Assembly (NCBI GenBank): GCA_035250725.1
Contig: DATFEU010000323.1
Coordinates: 1-30,597, forward strand
Direction: 5' to 3'
DNA: 30,597 bases
Source of the DNA: Actinomycetota bacterium
Lineage (GTDB): Bacteria; Actinomycetota; UBA4738; HRBIN12
The notes below the pieces were generated by a model. The model saw nothing but the letters and a program-made list of their open reading frames with translations. It was not told the DNA's origin and did no database searches. Below are positions 28,700 through 30,597 of the stretch, piece after piece. Made by a program: the position numbers and the translations under genes. Each line of letters opens with the position of its first letter. Positions within the stretch are counted from its first letter, which is position 1.

Positions 28700-29383
28700 T
28701 CAGGCGAGCTGAGCCGCGCGCTCGGCCGCGTCGTAGGCGCCCGGATCGTGCCGGACGATCTTCTGGAACTCCCGTCGCGCCTCGCCCCGGCGACCGGCCC
28801 GCTCAAGGATGTTGCCGGTCACGTACCACACGCGCAGCACCTCCTCGCCTGCGACGTCGTCCCGCGTTCGGATGCGCCGGAGCATCCCGAGCGCCTGGTC
28901 GAACTTCCCTCGATCCGCGAGCGCGCTCGCGGCCACGATCACCGCTTCCGCCTTCGCCGAGAGGGGAACCCCCCTGGCGGCGAGGGCCTCCTCCGCGAGC
29001 GGCACCGCTCGCTCGGGCCGCCCGACCGCCCGCAGGCAGTCGGCGATGATGTGGTTCTGGTCGGCGCGTCCGGACATCCGGCGGTACGCCTGCATCTCCG
29101 AGAGGGCCTGCGGGAACCGCTCGAGCTGGTACAGCGCGAGACCGAGCACCTCGCGGACCGTCGGCGCCCGAGTGGCCAGCTCCTTGGCCTTGGCCGCCTC
29201 GGCCGCCGCGCCCCGCGCGTCCCCGCGCTCGAGCAGCTGGACCGCGCGCTCCAGTCGCGAGATCGCCGGGTCGGCCTTGCCCGGCCGCGACATGTGTCGC
29301 AGCTCAGCCACCACTTCGCGCGGCAGCCCCGCCCGGCGCGGGCCACCCTTGGGACCGGGACGAGATCGGAAGGCCTCCGGCAC
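28700..29383 (-). CDS. Tetratricopeptide-repeat protein (Rv1691-like position), 227 aa
   Basis: TPR helices (VREVLGLALY, ADCLRAVG, WYVTGNILERAG); TAGGCT 6 nt before the GTG start. Confidence 0.8.
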   Translation of the reverse strand: MPEAFRSRPGPKGGPRRAGLPREVVAELRHMSRPGKADPAISRLERAVQLLERGDARGAAAEAAKAKELATRAPTVREVLGLALYQLERFPQALSEMQAYRRMSGRADQNHIIADCLRAVGRPERAVPLAEEALAARGVPLSAKAEAVIVAASALADRGKFDQALGMLRRIRTRDDVAGEEVLRVWYVTGNILERAGRRGEARREFQKIVRHDPGAYDAAERAAQLA

Positions 29384-29408
29384 GCCGCAAGCCTACCGAC
29401 GCCGGGAA

Positions 29409-29442
29409 CGAGAAGAGCCGCCCCCTAGGGCGGCTCTTCTCG
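29409..29442 (-). terminator. Intrinsic terminator of the rRNA operon
   Basis: Perfect 15-bp inverted repeat CGAGAAGAGCCGCCC-CCTA-GGGCGGCTCTTCTCG, 5 nt past the 5S 3' end. Confidence 0.85.
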
Positions 29443-29447
29443 AAGAT

Positions 29448-29567
29448 GTCTCGGCAGCGACCTACTCTCCCACCCAGTCGCCCAGGCAGTACCATCGGCG
29501 CTGGAGGGCTTAACTTCCGGGTTCGGGATGGGACCGGGTGTTCCCCCTCCGCTATGGCCACCGAAAC
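29448..29567 (-). rRNA. rrf: 5S ribosomal RNA
   Basis: Reverse complement GTTTCGGTGGCCATAGCGG...CCCATCCCGAACCCGGAAGTTAAG...GAGAGTAGGTCGCTGCCGAGAC; terminal helix GUUUCGG/CCGAGAC pairs. Confidence 0.96.
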
Positions 29568-29651
29568 GGCATCCCCCGGCATCCGCCGGAGATCTCGTGG
29601 GAGCGCGGCCCCCGAGCAGGGCTCGGGAACTGCGATAGCGAGCGCGAGCAA

Positions 29652-30597
<946 letters not shown>

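Noticed and set aside
29568-29651. Hairpins in the 23S-5S spacer
   Set aside because: Ordinary processing-spacer structure; no tRNA cloverleaf or intervening sequence.

Overview
High-GC (about 70% by eye) Actinomycetota core-genome segment, almost entirely on the minus strand. Read from the right it runs: 3' part of 23S rRNA, 5S rRNA and the rrn terminator, TPR protein, MBL hydrolase (+), tail-less SSB, DUF1015 (+), TPR, HAD-IIA, phasin-like protein, tlyA, NAD kinase, recN, steA, steB, GT2, MraY-like protein, pyrG, hydrolase-adenylate cyclase fusion, ald, xerD, DksA/TraR-like protein, deoB, pdp, site-2 protease, trpS, scpA, scpB, rluB, aroH, tyrA, aroA, cmk, der, tRNA-Pro(GGG). From memory this matches the mycobacterial Rv1691-Rv1713 order, with a Firmicutes-like xerD-deoB-pdp block inserted, which suggests a deep-branching actinobacterial lineage (inference). 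All core genes look intact. The only accessory DNA is the first ~727 bp. It holds an XerC-like tyrosine integrase broken by five frame shifts, missed by the ORF track, just downstream of tRNA-Pro. This is probably the edge of an integrated element that continues beyond the window. The best candidate for an uncharacterised system inside the window is the tightly coupled steA-steB-GT2-MraY-like cassette. I see no CRISPR array, IS element or complete defence system. Family assignments rest on motif recognition; no searches were run.
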